From assembly GCA_000406005.1 (NCBI GenBank), contig ASZN01000021.1, positions 3,309 through 67,308 on the forward strand: a DNA stretch of 64,000 nt, read 5' to 3'. A model generated the notes under the pieces. That model was not told the DNA's origin. It saw only the letters and a list, made by a program, of their open reading frames with translations, and did not search any database. This DNA is from Candidatus Poribacteria bacterium WGA-3G (GTDB lineage: Bacteria; Poribacteria; WGA-4E; WGA-3G). The position numbers and the translations under genes were made by a program. Below, in pieces: positions 38,394 to 47,921 of this stretch. Position 1 is the stretch's first letter; each line of letters begins with the position of its first letter.

Positions 38394-39683
38394 CTACGCA
38401 TCCTTCTCAGTGCGTTTCCCGCCCTCTATTGACAACAGAAATTTCTCGCCATCATCACTTATTTCAGGGGAACTGCTCTCTTCTGATTTCTCTTCTAACT
38501 TCCGCTTGAGAACCGGATAGGCATCCACGACCGGTATCTCTTCAAGATCTGTCAAGGTCGGTCTGCGTTCCTCTGCTCTCGCAATCGCTTCAGCGAGCCG
38601 TTCTTTTTTTCTTTTAACTCGTGCAACATCCCGCGCCTTGAAGTCCGGTAACACCTTTTCCGCAAACAGTTCTAACGATTCGATTATATCTTCATGGCGG
38701 TTCGCACCAGCCTGTTGAATGAAAACGACCTGATCCACGCCAGCCTCTTCCATCACCTCCAAGTGCTCACGCACCTGATCCGGCGTTCCGATACCCGCTC
38801 TACCTTCAGTCGGCTCCTGTGTCGTCTCTCTATACAGCTGCCAAATATCCGTCTGTCCGGGTATCTGTGAACCGCCGTGATAGTAATGTGCCAACGCAAA
38901 CCGGAAGAAACGGAATCCGTCTAATCCACGCGCGACAGCAGTCGCCTCATCGTTGTGGCAGGAGAACCCAGATACCATAGCGATGTTAGGGTTAACTCGC
39001 TGCGTCAGCGGTTCGCATTCCCTCTCAAAAATCTCGTAATACTCTTCCACCCAAAATTTGGCTTCATTGGCATCAATAAAAGCAAAAGTTAGCGCACCGA
39101 GTCCATATCTCGCCGCAAAACGAAGGCTATCACGACTCGAACAAGCCACCCACGGCGGCGGATGCGGTGTCTGCAACGGTTTCGGTACAACATTACGCGG
39201 TGGCATCGAAAAGTACTGACCATCGTACCCAGTATACGGCGACTGCGTCATCATTTTTGCCGTTTCACGCGTACATTCCGCCCACATCTCGCGTTTATGC
39301 TTCGGATCAACGTTGAATCCACCGAGTTCTATATGCGAAGCAGACTCTCCCGTCCCCCACTCTACGCGCCCGTTCGATACGAGGTCAAGCGTCGCGATCC
39401 GCTCAGCAACACGTGCAGGATGGTTGTACGCTGGCGGCATCAATACGATCCCGTGTCCGAGCCGAATCTGCGTCGTCCGCTGACTACACGCCGCAAGAAA
39501 TACCTCCGGCGCAGAAGAGTGCGAATACTCTTCAAGGAAATGGTGCTCAACCTCCCAAATATAATCGAAACCAAGTTTATCAGCGAGTTCTACCTGCGCC
39601 AACGCATCTTGGAATAACTTATGCTCCTCACCCTCAGCCCACGGACGTGGAATCTGATGCTCATAAAATAGTCCAAATTTCAT
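38394..39683 (-). CDS. LLM-class (luciferase-like) flavin-dependent oxidoreductase with an acidic C-terminal tail
   Basis: TIM-barrel luciferase-like pattern (MKFGLFYEHQIPRPW...). Confidence 0.8.
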   Translation of the reverse strand: MKFGLFYEHQIPRPWAEGEEHKLFQDALAQVELADKLGFDYIWEVEHHFLEEYSHSSAPEVFLAACSQRTTQIRLGHGIVLMPPAYNHPARVAERIATLDLVSNGRVEWGTGESASHIELGGFNVDPKHKREMWAECTRETAKMMTQSPYTGYDGQYFSMPPRNVVPKPLQTPHPPPWVACSSRDSLRFAARYGLGALTFAFIDANEAKFWVEEYYEIFERECEPLTQRVNPNIAMVSGFSCHNDEATAVARGLDGFRFFRFALAHYYHGGSQIPGQTDIWQLYRETTQEPTEGRAGIGTPDQVREHLEVMEEAGVDQVVFIQQAGANRHEDIIESLELFAEKVLPDFKARDVARVKRKKERLAEAIARAEERRPTLTDLEEIPVVDAYPVLKRKLEEKSEESSSPEISDDGEKFLLSIEGGKRTEKDA

Positions 39684-39750
39684 TTTTTAATGATACCTTG
39701 CGGTTAAATAACGCGGATTTGAAATCTAACGTCCGTTTCTCGAATCCGCT

Positions 39751-40524
39751 CTACATTTCGGTATTAAGCGTTTGCATCTCTGCGTCGGTCAACTCCCACT
39801 CAAAGACATCCAAATTCTCCCGTAAATGCGGCACTGAACCCGATTTCGGTATTGTGATAATGCCTTGCTGTATAAGCCAACGGAGAGCGACCTGCGCTGC
39901 GGTCTTCCCGTGATTCTCACCGATCTTGCCCAACATAGCGTCCCCGGCAAGGTTGCCAACAGCGAGCGGACGATGCGCTGTCATTACAATGTCACGTGCA
40001 TGGCAATAGTCTCGCAATTCTGCACGGTTTCTCCGAACATGATACTCCACCTGATTTGTGCAAATCGGAAGTTCTGAGACCTCATACGCCTCTTCAACTT
40101 GAGCGATGCTAAAGTTACTGATACCGATGCTTTTCACCTGACCCGCGTCGTAGAGTTTTTGGAATGCATCAAAAGTCTCAGTAACCGGAACAGAGCCGCT
40201 CGGATGGTGAATCAATAACAGATCAACGTAATCCATTTGCAAATCGCTGAGGCACGCCTCAAATTGAGCGAGGACCTCGTCATGCTTGAGATGGGTGTGC
40301 CAAATTTTAGTGGTAAGAAAAATATTTTCGCGGTCGATATGAACGTCGCGAAGTGCGTTCCCGATTTCGCGTTGGTTCTGGTACATCCACGCTGTGTCGA
40401 TATGGGTATACCCGAAGTCAACGGCTTCTTTGACAATGCGTTCGCACTGCCTGCCTTTGAGCTGCCAGGTTCCTAAACCCAGTATTGGTATTTCGTGTCC
40501 TGATGCAAGTTTGATATTTTTCAT
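39751..40524 (-). CDS. aldo/keto reductase (2,5-diketo-D-gluconate reductase-like)
   Basis: GLGTWQLKG and DTAWMYQNQ AKR signatures. Confidence 0.9.
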   Translation of the reverse strand: MKNIKLASGHEIPILGLGTWQLKGRQCERIVKEAVDFGYTHIDTAWMYQNQREIGNALRDVHIDRENIFLTTKIWHTHLKHDEVLAQFEACLSDLQMDYVDLLLIHHPSGSVPVTETFDAFQKLYDAGQVKSIGISNFSIAQVEEAYEVSELPICTNQVEYHVRRNRAELRDYCHARDIVMTAHRPLAVGNLAGDAMLGKIGENHGKTAAQVALRWLIQQGIITIPKSGSVPHLRENLDVFEWELTDAEMQTLNTEM

Positions 40525-40688
40525 AATATCAACATCTTACGTGATTCCGAAAAAAAAGTCAAGTGCGAAGAAAAATCAATCAGGAACTAAATCGTCCTGA
40601 AATGCCAATTTATTTTTCAGATTTGGTATAAAATTTCACATAAACACAGCGAGATAGACTTTTTTTTCAAAATAACGCCAAAAAAAAG

Positions 40689-40719
40689 TTGACAAACACT
40701 AAAGAAATAGAGTATACTA
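40689..40719 (+). promoter_or_regulatory. putative sigma-70 promoter of the tRNA-Leu gene (TTGACA ... TATACT, 19-nt spacer)
   Basis: The -35 is consensus. The -10 ends about 13 nt before the tRNA 5' end. Spacing is suboptimal. Confidence 0.3.
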
Positions 40720-40767
40720 TTAATATTATTGTGGTCGAGTGGTGGAATCGGTAGACACAACGGACTT

Positions 40768-43185
40768 GTGCGCCATTGTGCTAATGTGCCCAATTGAGAT
40801 ATAAATCTCTATACTAATTAGGAAATGGTATAAAGCCAACTGCTTTAGGGTAAAGAGAAATCTAAACCTGAACATAGCATAGCAGTAAAGGATAGAATGG
40901 ATGAACTAACCTAATCCAAAGCTATTCAAGGCTTGAGAGATATGGTAAGAGTTATACTACCCGAAATCCAATACGCAGGAGTAAGTGTGGCTAAAAGGGC
41001 AAGGTTAGTGATGCCCCCACTAAGAGATGACATTAGATTTTAAGTCTGTCTAATGCCTTCCTAAATCTCTTAGACACTGTGAAATATACACAGGCAAGCG
41101 TATGAGTGGATTACCTAAGTCTCTCTATCGTTGACACATTGGAACTATGGGATAGTCTAAAGGGTGAGAACCCCATGGCTACGGAGTTTCCATAGTAGTC
41201 GCTCTCAACTGAGAATAAGACTATGCGAAGGTATAGTGAAGATGAAGGGAAACAGGTAAGTTAATCCAAGTAGATATAAGAGTAATGCGAAATGCATATT
41301 ATCTCGAATAAATACCTTGGAATAGTGAGTGATAGAGGAAAAAGAAATCTTCCGCTAAAGCGCGTATACTCTAATATGTGCGATAGAGAATTATTTCTAA
41401 TTGCCTATCATCAAATGGCGAAAAAGAAAGGTGCCATGACAAAGGGGTCTAACTCCGAAAACATTGATGAAATGTCGATTACAAAAATAGATAAAATCAT
41501 CAATGAACTTAAAACCGGAAAATATAGACCCAAACCCAGTCGTAGGGTCTATGTATCTAAACCAGACGGAAAACAAAGATGTTTAGGAATACCATGCTGG
41601 ACAGACAAACTCGTCCAACGTGTAGTAACGATGATACTGGGAGAATACTATGAACCCCAGTTCTCAGATCACTCGCATGGATTTAGACCCAATAGAGGTT
41701 GTCATACTGCTTTGGAAGAAATAGCCATAGCGTGGAAAGGGACAAAGTGGTTTATAGAAGGAGACATAAAGGGCTGCTTCGACAACATAAACCATGAATA
41801 CCTACTGAAGATCCTAAGAAAAAGGATTTTAGATGAAAGACTCATTAAACTCATTCGTATATGGCTAAAAGCCGGGTATATCGAGAATTGGACATACCAC
41901 AACACATACTCAGGCACGCCACAAGGCGGCGTTATGAGTCCTCTACTGGCTAACATATACCTCTCTGAATTAGATGAAAAATTAGAAGAATTATCTGAAA
42001 TCTGGAAAGTAGGAAAATCAAGAGGAACAAACCCCGAATACGCTAAACTATCGCGAAAAATCAACAAAGCAAAGAAGGAAAATAACGCCCAAGAAGCAAA
42101 AGAAGCACGGAAAGAACTTAACATCGCTAAAAGCAAAGGGCTTACTTGGTCGAATCCGCAAGATGACAATTTCCGCAGACTAAAATTTGTCAGATACGCA
42201 GACGATTTTATTATCGGATTTATCGGTAGCAAAGCAGAAGCCAAAGACATCAAAAAGGAAGTCAAAACTTTCCTCAAAGATGAAATTGGACTCACGCTAT
42301 CGGACGATAAAACGAAAATAACGAACGCGACACACGAAAAAGCACGCTTTCTTAACTACGAAATCTTTACCGAGAAATCAACAACAAGACCAAGAATAAA
42401 TGGAACAATCCGCTTGGACTTGCCTCACGACGTGTTCATAAAATGGAAAAGGAAGTATACTAAGAAAGGGAAAGCCTATCACAGCCCCTACTACATGGAA
42501 CTATCCGATTATATGATAATCAGGGCATATAATGCAGAGTTTCAAGGTCTCTATCAGTATTACATAATGGCTCAAAACGTATCGAGCAAATTATATCAAT
42601 TGAAGAGCTATGTGATGACATCAGCAGCTAAAACCTTGGCATCCAAACACAAACTCTCTGTAAACAAAATATGCGAAAAATATAAGAGGACCGGCAGCAA
42701 CGGCGTAAAAGCACTCATAGTAGAGGTCAATAGAAAGGATAAACCGCCCTTAGTCGCCACATTAGGGGACTTCCAAATAAAATGGGTAAAGTTTCCGAGT
42801 AAGAAAGATAAGCCATACAACGATGAAATTAGAGGTATAAAAGTTCTTGATGATAAAAAAAGTGTCCGGTCTGACCTCCTAACAAGGCTTATGAATAACA
42901 CTTGTGAAATATGTGGAAATACGGATGAAATAGAAGTACACCACATCAGAAAAATGAGTGATATTGATAAGAACAAAGAAGGATGGCAAAAACTCATGAG
43001 TAGCATGAGACGAAAGACACTCATCGTCTGCAAGGACTGTCATCATAAAATCCATATAGGAAAATATGATGGAAAATCACTATAAAAACTTACTGGAGAG
43101 CTACGTGCATTGAAAAGTGCAAGCGTGGTTCGGAGGGGGACTATTGAAAACACAGATGATGCTGTGCGTTGGTAGTCTACCCTAC
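40768..43185 (+). mobile_element. group II intron (~2.4 kb) with an intron-encoded protein in domain IV
   Basis: 5' GTGCG. Domain V is GAGAGCTACGTGCATT-GAAA-AGTGCAAGCGTGGTTC (AGC triad, GAAA loop) at about 43098-43131. Domain VI follows and the 3' end is ...CCTAC. The ORF at 41292-43085 encodes RT, maturase (X) and HNH domains. Confidence 0.85.
41292..43085 (+). CDS. group II intron reverse transcriptase/maturase with C-terminal HNH endonuclease domain
   Basis: RT motifs include FVRYADDFIIGF (YADD). An X/maturase region is present. HNH/zinc-finger-like sequence: CEICGNTDEIEVHHI...CKDCHHKIH. Confidence 0.9.
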   Translation: MHIISNKYLGIVSDRGKRNLPLKRVYSNMCDRELFLIAYHQMAKKKGAMTKGSNSENIDEMSITKIDKIINELKTGKYRPKPSRRVYVSKPDGKQRCLGIPCWTDKLVQRVVTMILGEYYEPQFSDHSHGFRPNRGCHTALEEIAIAWKGTKWFIEGDIKGCFDNINHEYLLKILRKRILDERLIKLIRIWLKAGYIENWTYHNTYSGTPQGGVMSPLLANIYLSELDEKLEELSEIWKVGKSRGTNPEYAKLSRKINKAKKENNAQEAKEARKELNIAKSKGLTWSNPQDDNFRRLKFVRYADDFIIGFIGSKAEAKDIKKEVKTFLKDEIGLTLSDDKTKITNATHEKARFLNYEIFTEKSTTRPRINGTIRLDLPHDVFIKWKRKYTKKGKAYHSPYYMELSDYMIIRAYNAEFQGLYQYYIMAQNVSSKLYQLKSYVMTSAAKTLASKHKLSVNKICEKYKRTGSNGVKALIVEVNRKDKPPLVATLGDFQIKWVKFPSKKDKPYNDEIRGIKVLDDKKSVRSDLLTRLMNNTCEICGNTDEIEVHHIRKMSDIDKNKEGWQKLMSSMRRKTLIVCKDCHHKIHIGKYDGKSL

Positions 43186-43250
43186 AAAATCCGTCGCCCT
43201 AAACAGGTGTGAGGGTTCAAGTCCCTCCTCGACCATAATTCAATACAAGT

Positions 43251-43340
43251 AGAACTTACGCGCTTCCACGGTAGGTGCGGTTTCATAACCGCACCCGATT
43301 ACGTCATCATAGACCTAATTCTCTGATTTCGCGTAAGTCT
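43251..43340. repeat. short MITE/REP-like element (TIR AGAACTTACGCG...CGCGTAAGTCT) enclosing the palindrome GGTGCGGTTTCATAACCGCACC
   Basis: Shares the ACTTACGC terminal motif with the main MITE family. Confidence 0.55.
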
Positions 43341-43356
43341 TGACAATAATTCTTGA

Positions 43357-43430
43357 CGCAGGGTAGAGCAGCCAGGTAGCTCGTCGGGCTCATAACCCGG
43401 AGGACGGGGGTTCAAATCCCCCCCCCTGCA
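43357..43430 (+). tRNA. initiator tRNA-fMet (CAU)
   Basis: CGCAGGGTAGAGCAGCCAGGTAGCTCGTCGGGCTCATAACCCGGAGG...: C1:A72 mismatch, three G:C pairs in the anticodon stem, anticodon CAT. Closely matches E. coli tRNA-fMet as recalled. Confidence 0.85.
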
Positions 43431-43525
43431 ATCTTCTCAACCCCTAAATGTTCTTTGATACATCAACGATAACATACAAAAAACACACTTAACCTCATCG
43501 TTTCCGATAATCCATCTCAACCTAT

Positions 43526-43599
43526 GCCGGTGTAGCTCAGTGGTTTAGAGCACACGACTCATAATCGTGCTGTCCGGAGTTCGACTCTCCGCACCGGCA
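43526..43599 (+). tRNA. tRNA with CAU anticodon (elongator Met or tRNA-Ile2, the lysidine substrate)
   Basis: GCCGGTG-TA-GCTC-AGTGGTTTA-GAGC-A-CACGA-CTCATAA-TCGTG-CTGTC-CGGAG-TTCGACT-CTCCG-CACCGGC-A. Confidence 0.85.
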
Positions 43600-43653
43600 T
43601 CGTTCTACCGTTTAAGCGGTGGGATACAATTTGCCGTTAAAATTGGCGACCTC

Positions 43654-45099
43654 ATGACAGCCGACTTCGTTCAACAGATGCACCGCTCCATAGCAGAGCA
43701 TAAAATGATTGAGGACGCTGAAACTGTGCTCGTCGCAGTCTCAGGCGGCGCAGATTCGCTTGCACTCCTATACGCACTGCACGCTTTACGCCAACAACTC
43801 AGATGTCATCTGCACGTTGTACATCTAAACCACTGCCTCCGACCAGACGCTGACACAGACGCTGACTTCGTCCGACAACACGCAGAACACCTAAATCTGC
43901 CTTGCACCCTCCAACAGGTAGATGTGTTCCGTTTAGCAAAACAGTGGAAACTCTCTGTAGAAACCGCCGGACGCAGAGCACGCTATCAATTCTATGATTC
44001 CGTCTGTTCGGAAACCGACGCGACGAAAGTCGCCTTAGGACACCACCAAGACGACATCGCCGAAACGGTTCTGATGAACCTCATACGCGGGAGCGGAACC
44101 GACGGATTGAAAGGCATCGTTCCCGTCAGGGATATGAAATTTATTAGACCTCTGATAGAATTTACACGTCAACAGATTGAGGCGTTCCTAACGTCCATAG
44201 GTATTGTCCCGCGACACGATTCAACCAACACCGATACACGCTATCTTCGCAATCGTATCCGCCACGAGTTGATACCAAGGCTTGAGAACAATTATAATCC
44301 AAATATCAAAGCCGCATTAAGCCGGACTGCTGATGTATTAGGTACTGAATCGGAATACCTTGATACAATCGCTTGCACAGCGTTTGAGGCGTGCCAAATA
44401 CAAGTCTCGCAAGAGACTATTATCCTTGATAGGGAAAAATTTCGACAGCACCACATCGCACTGCAGAGACGGATCCTCCGGAAAAGCGTATCCGAGATGT
44501 TAGGCGATTCGAGCGATCTCTATTTCAAACACTGCATCGCGATGCAAAATCTCATTGAAGGCGACGCACCTAATGCTGTCCTGCCACTTCCGAACGGTTT
44601 ACAATTTCGGCGTGCATATCAACGGATCGCCTTTGAAAGAAAAACAACTGAAATAGGAAACTTCTCCTATCCGATCGCCACTGTTGGAAAAACACTTATA
44701 GCGGCTTTAAATGCCGAAATTATTGCAGAATTGGGGGATGGAACATCTCGTAGAACACCCACACCACCCAATGGCAAATTTGAAGCGATATTTGATTATC
44801 AAAAGTTAAGAAAGGTATTTGCAGAACCGTTTTCAGAAGCAATCCCGCTCACATTGCGTAATCGGCGACAAGGCGACCGGTTTCAGCCGTACGGTATGCA
44901 AGGGACGAAAAAAATTAAGGATTTTTTGATAGATGCCAAGGTGCCTCGCCACGAACGCGACAACATTCCGCTCCTTGTTTGCGGCGATGTGATCTTGTGG
45001 GTCATCGGTTATACAACCAGCGATCTTTTCAAGGTCCAACCGCACACACAACACTATCTCTACCTAAGTTATGCCAGCAGCGACGAAACCGCTCCCTGA
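43654..45099 (+). CDS. tilS: tRNA(Ile)-lysidine synthetase
   Basis: PP-loop VAVSGGADSLALLY plus a TilS C-terminal domain. The listed ORF begins inside the tRNA; ATG 43654 is preferred. Confidence 0.85.
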   Translation: MTADFVQQMHRSIAEHKMIEDAETVLVAVSGGADSLALLYALHALRQQLRCHLHVVHLNHCLRPDADTDADFVRQHAEHLNLPCTLQQVDVFRLAKQWKLSVETAGRRARYQFYDSVCSETDATKVALGHHQDDIAETVLMNLIRGSGTDGLKGIVPVRDMKFIRPLIEFTRQQIEAFLTSIGIVPRHDSTNTDTRYLRNRIRHELIPRLENNYNPNIKAALSRTADVLGTESEYLDTIACTAFEACQIQVSQETIILDREKFRQHHIALQRRILRKSVSEMLGDSSDLYFKHCIAMQNLIEGDAPNAVLPLPNGLQFRRAYQRIAFERKTTEIGNFSYPIATVGKTLIAALNAEIIAELGDGTSRRTPTPPNGKFEAIFDYQKLRKVFAEPFSEAIPLTLRNRRQGDRFQPYGMQGTKKIKDFLIDAKVPRHERDNIPLLVCGDVILWVIGYTTSDLFKVQPHTQHYLYLSYASSDETAP

Positions 45100-45637
45100 A
45101 TCTGTTCTCATTTCTGAACCGTGCCTCCAAAAACGTATTCGCGAACTCGGCACACAAATTCTTGCCGATTATGAAAACCAAGAGTTAATACTCCTCGGTG
45201 TCCTGAGGGGAAGTGTGTTATTTTTCGCTGATCTCTCTCGTGCTATCTTCGGTGCACAACTTGAAAAACCCAGCAGAGAAGTACAGGTCCGTTTTGAATT
45301 CGTACAACTCACGAGTTATAATAATAACACACAACCATCGGCAGTCGAACTTATTCACGGCGGCAGCGACTATCTCGAACATCAGAATATCCTCATCGTC
45401 GAGGATATTATCGATACTGGACAAACTTTGAAACTTCTATACGAACATCTACGGACACTGAACCCGAAAACCGTTAAGGTGTGCACACTCCTCGACAAAC
45501 CGTCTAAACGTCGAGTACCTGTCACTATTGACTATATCGGTTTTGAGGTGCCGGATGCTTTCGTCGTAGGCTACGGACTTGACTACGCACAACAATATCG
45601 GAATTTACCGTATATCGCCTTGTTGGAATCAACCTAA
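45071..45637 (+). CDS. hpt: hypoxanthine phosphoribosyltransferase
   Basis: PRTase motif NILIVEDIIDTGQTL. Conserved tilS-hpt gene order. Confidence 0.85.
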   Translation: MPAATKPLPESVLISEPCLQKRIRELGTQILADYENQELILLGVLRGSVLFFADLSRAIFGAQLEKPSREVQVRFEFVQLTSYNNNTQPSAVELIHGGSDYLEHQNILIVEDIIDTGQTLKLLYEHLRTLNPKTVKVCTLLDKPSKRRVPVTIDYIGFEVPDAFVVGYGLDYAQQYRNLPYIALLEST

Positions 45638-45769
45638 GCAATTTCAATGGACGATAAAGACTATCCAGCACCACAATATTTGGTGCAAAGCACTTTTTAT
45701 ATTTTTTTCTTGACAATAATTTGAATTATTTGATATAATATATTAATCCTTTAATACATAATTATTAAT

Positions 45770-45922
45770 AGGACCTACGCACACCCCATGCAGGGTTTTT
45801 GCAATGTAATACAAGGAATGGATTTCGTCTATTCCCAGACTAAATCCGGTGTTTCTTCAGGGTTTGTAACCCCGCCTGATGCCCGTATTATGTAGAATCT
45901 CATGAAAAAATGCGTAAGTCCT
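45770..45922. mobile_element. diverged MITE-like element (AGGACCTACGCAC...TGCGTAAGTCCT) carrying the gggtttgtaaccccgcctg palindrome module
   Basis: The terminal inverted repeats differ from the main family at 2 positions. The interior is shared with 19093 and 62841. Confidence 0.6.
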
Positions 45923-45998
45923 AATTAAGTTGAATTGACACGCCTTTGCTAAGACAGCAATTTAAGTTACAATAAACATCACCAAGAGGGGGTTTATA

Positions 45999-46781
45999 AT
46001 GCGTAAACTCGTTTCGTTTGCCCTATGTGGTGTTTTGATCACGGCATTCATCTTTTTCACACAAGCACAAATGTCAGACAAAGCACAACTGGGGCGCGAA
46101 CTTTTTCACGATCCAACTTTCAAAGGAACAATCAAACCCGGTAAAGTAAAAGGATTCGCTACTGGGCTTACCTGCGCAAACTGCCACGCAGATTTTGACG
46201 AGACAACACATCCGGATGGAGTCATTCGTGCCGGACACAGTATGGTTGGTGTCCCACACCGCGGACAGGCGAAAGGCGGAATGATCTCAGCCGACATCTT
46301 TGAACGCGCAGCAGGCGGCGGCGGTTTCTGCTACCAGCACTTCCTACAGCGAATACCAGGTCCCGAAGTCGATCCAACCGCAATCCCTGAAGAACACGCT
46401 GAAGCACTTATGGCGTATTTCAAAGCGATCTCCGGTGATAACAAGGGTCCCCAATTTGAAATAGCAATGTTAGATGACAATGCCAAAAAGGCAGCCGGTG
46501 AGAAACTCGCTGCTATGAGCGGCGAGGCAGAAAACGGATGGCAACTCTTCGGGCGCGCATGCGTCGTCTGCCACCCGTCACCCTATAAAGCCGGAATCGG
46601 ACCCCAACTCATCCGATCAAGACCACCTCGGAATATCGACGCAACACTGGAACGTTGGGCAACGAAAATTCGAGGCGGCGGTACGCTCATGCCTTTCTAT
46701 GCACCTGATATCCTCAGCGACCAACAAGTCGCAGATATTATCGCATTCCTGCGCCAAGAATTAGAAAACGCCGGAAATTAA
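45999..46781 (+). CDS. secreted diheme c-type cytochrome
   Basis: Signal peptide. Two CxxCH motifs: CANCH and CVVCH. Confidence 0.8.
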   Translation: MRKLVSFALCGVLITAFIFFTQAQMSDKAQLGRELFHDPTFKGTIKPGKVKGFATGLTCANCHADFDETTHPDGVIRAGHSMVGVPHRGQAKGGMISADIFERAAGGGGFCYQHFLQRIPGPEVDPTAIPEEHAEALMAYFKAISGDNKGPQFEIAMLDDNAKKAAGEKLAAMSGEAENGWQLFGRACVVCHPSPYKAGIGPQLIRSRPPRNIDATLERWATKIRGGGTLMPFYAPDILSDQQVADIIAFLRQELENAGN

Positions 46782-46790
46782 TCGAAATTT

Positions 46791-46813
46791 AGGCTGGGTC
46801 GAACACCCAGCCT
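46791..46813 (+). terminator. hairpin terminator after the cytochrome c gene
   Basis: AGGCTGGGT-cgaac-ACCCAGCCT. The following T-tract is weak. Confidence 0.4.
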
Positions 46814-47066
46814 AATACTTTCGTGTTGAACCATCTATTTTTGTAACCTACTCTCTTCACTATTCGTTATTTGCCTATAAGCCAACATACGCCTTGACTT
46901 GAACGATTAAGGTATAATTCGAGAGTTTCGCTCGGTTTTTCTTTCTCTAATACCGAATATTTAATCGTTTCAGCTCAAAAGTCTATCGGTTGGTTCAAAC
47001 AGCAATACACGCAGTTGAAACACATTAATGTTTTACACGACCCGAATATGAAGAGAGGACAGTGGC

Positions 47067-47618
47067 ATGAGAATATCTCGAATCGACTTGCTTTTCTACA
47101 CATCGCTAATAGGTATTTACATTCTCCTAATAGGCATTGCGTTGAGTTTAACGAGTTGCGGTGGTAGTAACCTAAAAAATCCTGTATCGGAATCGGAAAC
47201 AGCTACAACAGGAGAAGAAAGCGGAACTACAAACGACATCGTTGAACTGGCACAAACCGCAGACGTGGCAGAACCAGGGCAGGTAGCCGATCTTGACGTA
47301 AGAGTTACTGTTACGAAGAAAACGGTACAACCCGGTGAGGCGGTAGAACTGACTGCTTCAGTCAAAGAAGTTAGAGGCACCAGTGTCACGCTTAACTGGC
47401 TGAACATTACGCAATTTGGCGAACTTTCCGCCGCCAGTGAAAATCCTGTTACTTGGACGGCTCCGCAAACATTAAATGGAGACAACGTCCAAGTCGAAGT
47501 TATTCAACTCATTGTGACTGTAATTAGCGAGATCGTCTCAGTCGGTTCATCTGGAATTGAGACCGATACGCAAATTTTTACAAAGACCAAAAACGTCTTG
47601 CTAACCGTCAGAAATTAG
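47067..47618 (+). CDS. lipoprotein, Thr/Val-rich (hypothetical)
   Basis: Lipobox L-T-S-C after a hydrophobic signal sequence. Confidence 0.5.
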   Translation: MRISRIDLLFYTSLIGIYILLIGIALSLTSCGGSNLKNPVSESETATTGEESGTTNDIVELAQTADVAEPGQVADLDVRVTVTKKTVQPGEAVELTASVKEVRGTSVTLNWLNITQFGELSAASENPVTWTAPQTLNGDNVQVEVIQLIVTVISEIVSVGSSGIETDTQIFTKTKNVLLTVRN

Positions 47619-47921
47619 TTAGCATCAGTCAATTCTGTTAGCACGAACAACATCCGATCCGCTTAAACAGACACAGAATTTGACGCTGTTGTATTATTGT
47701 CAGGGTAACAAATCAGTACGCCGCTAAAACAGGGGCTTGTGCGAAGCGTCGGCTAAACGTCCACGCCACAAGTTAAACCTCTGACTACAGGTCGCTTCTG
47801 TGCAGCGATATGAGCAGCACAGCGATGTTTGACAGGGACATCGGTAGTCAAAACCTGTCACTAACTTAAAAGGAACGGGCTTTCCTCCGCTGCTTAAAGA
47901 CACAGGGATCCAGCCCGAAGA

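Larger units (their letters stand above)
40733..43235 (+). tRNA. tRNA-Leu(UAA) interrupted by a group II intron; exons ~40733-40767 and ~43186-43235
   Basis: Joining the exons gives an 85-nt class-II tRNA: GGTCGAGTGGTGGAATCGGTAGACACAACGGA-CTTAAAA-TCCGT-CGCCCTAAACAGGTGT-GAGGGTTCAAGTCCCTC-CTCGACC-A. Anticodon is UAA. The sequence is near-identical to the D-arm and anticodon arm of E. coli tRNA-Leu(UAA) as recalled. Confidence 0.85.

Noticed and set aside
40737-41291. Possibility that the tRNA-like 5' half is a tRNA pseudogene fragment next to an unrelated retroelement
   Set aside because: The matching 3' half, with perfect acceptor-stem complementarity, an anticodon-stem partner and a T-arm, lies exactly at the end of the DV/DVI region. 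This is what an intact intron-split gene predicts.
43567-43653. N-terminal 29 codons of the listed tilS ORF (GTG start)
   Set aside because: This portion overlaps the 3' half of the CAU tRNA. The downstream ATG at 43654 gives a normal TilS N-terminus.
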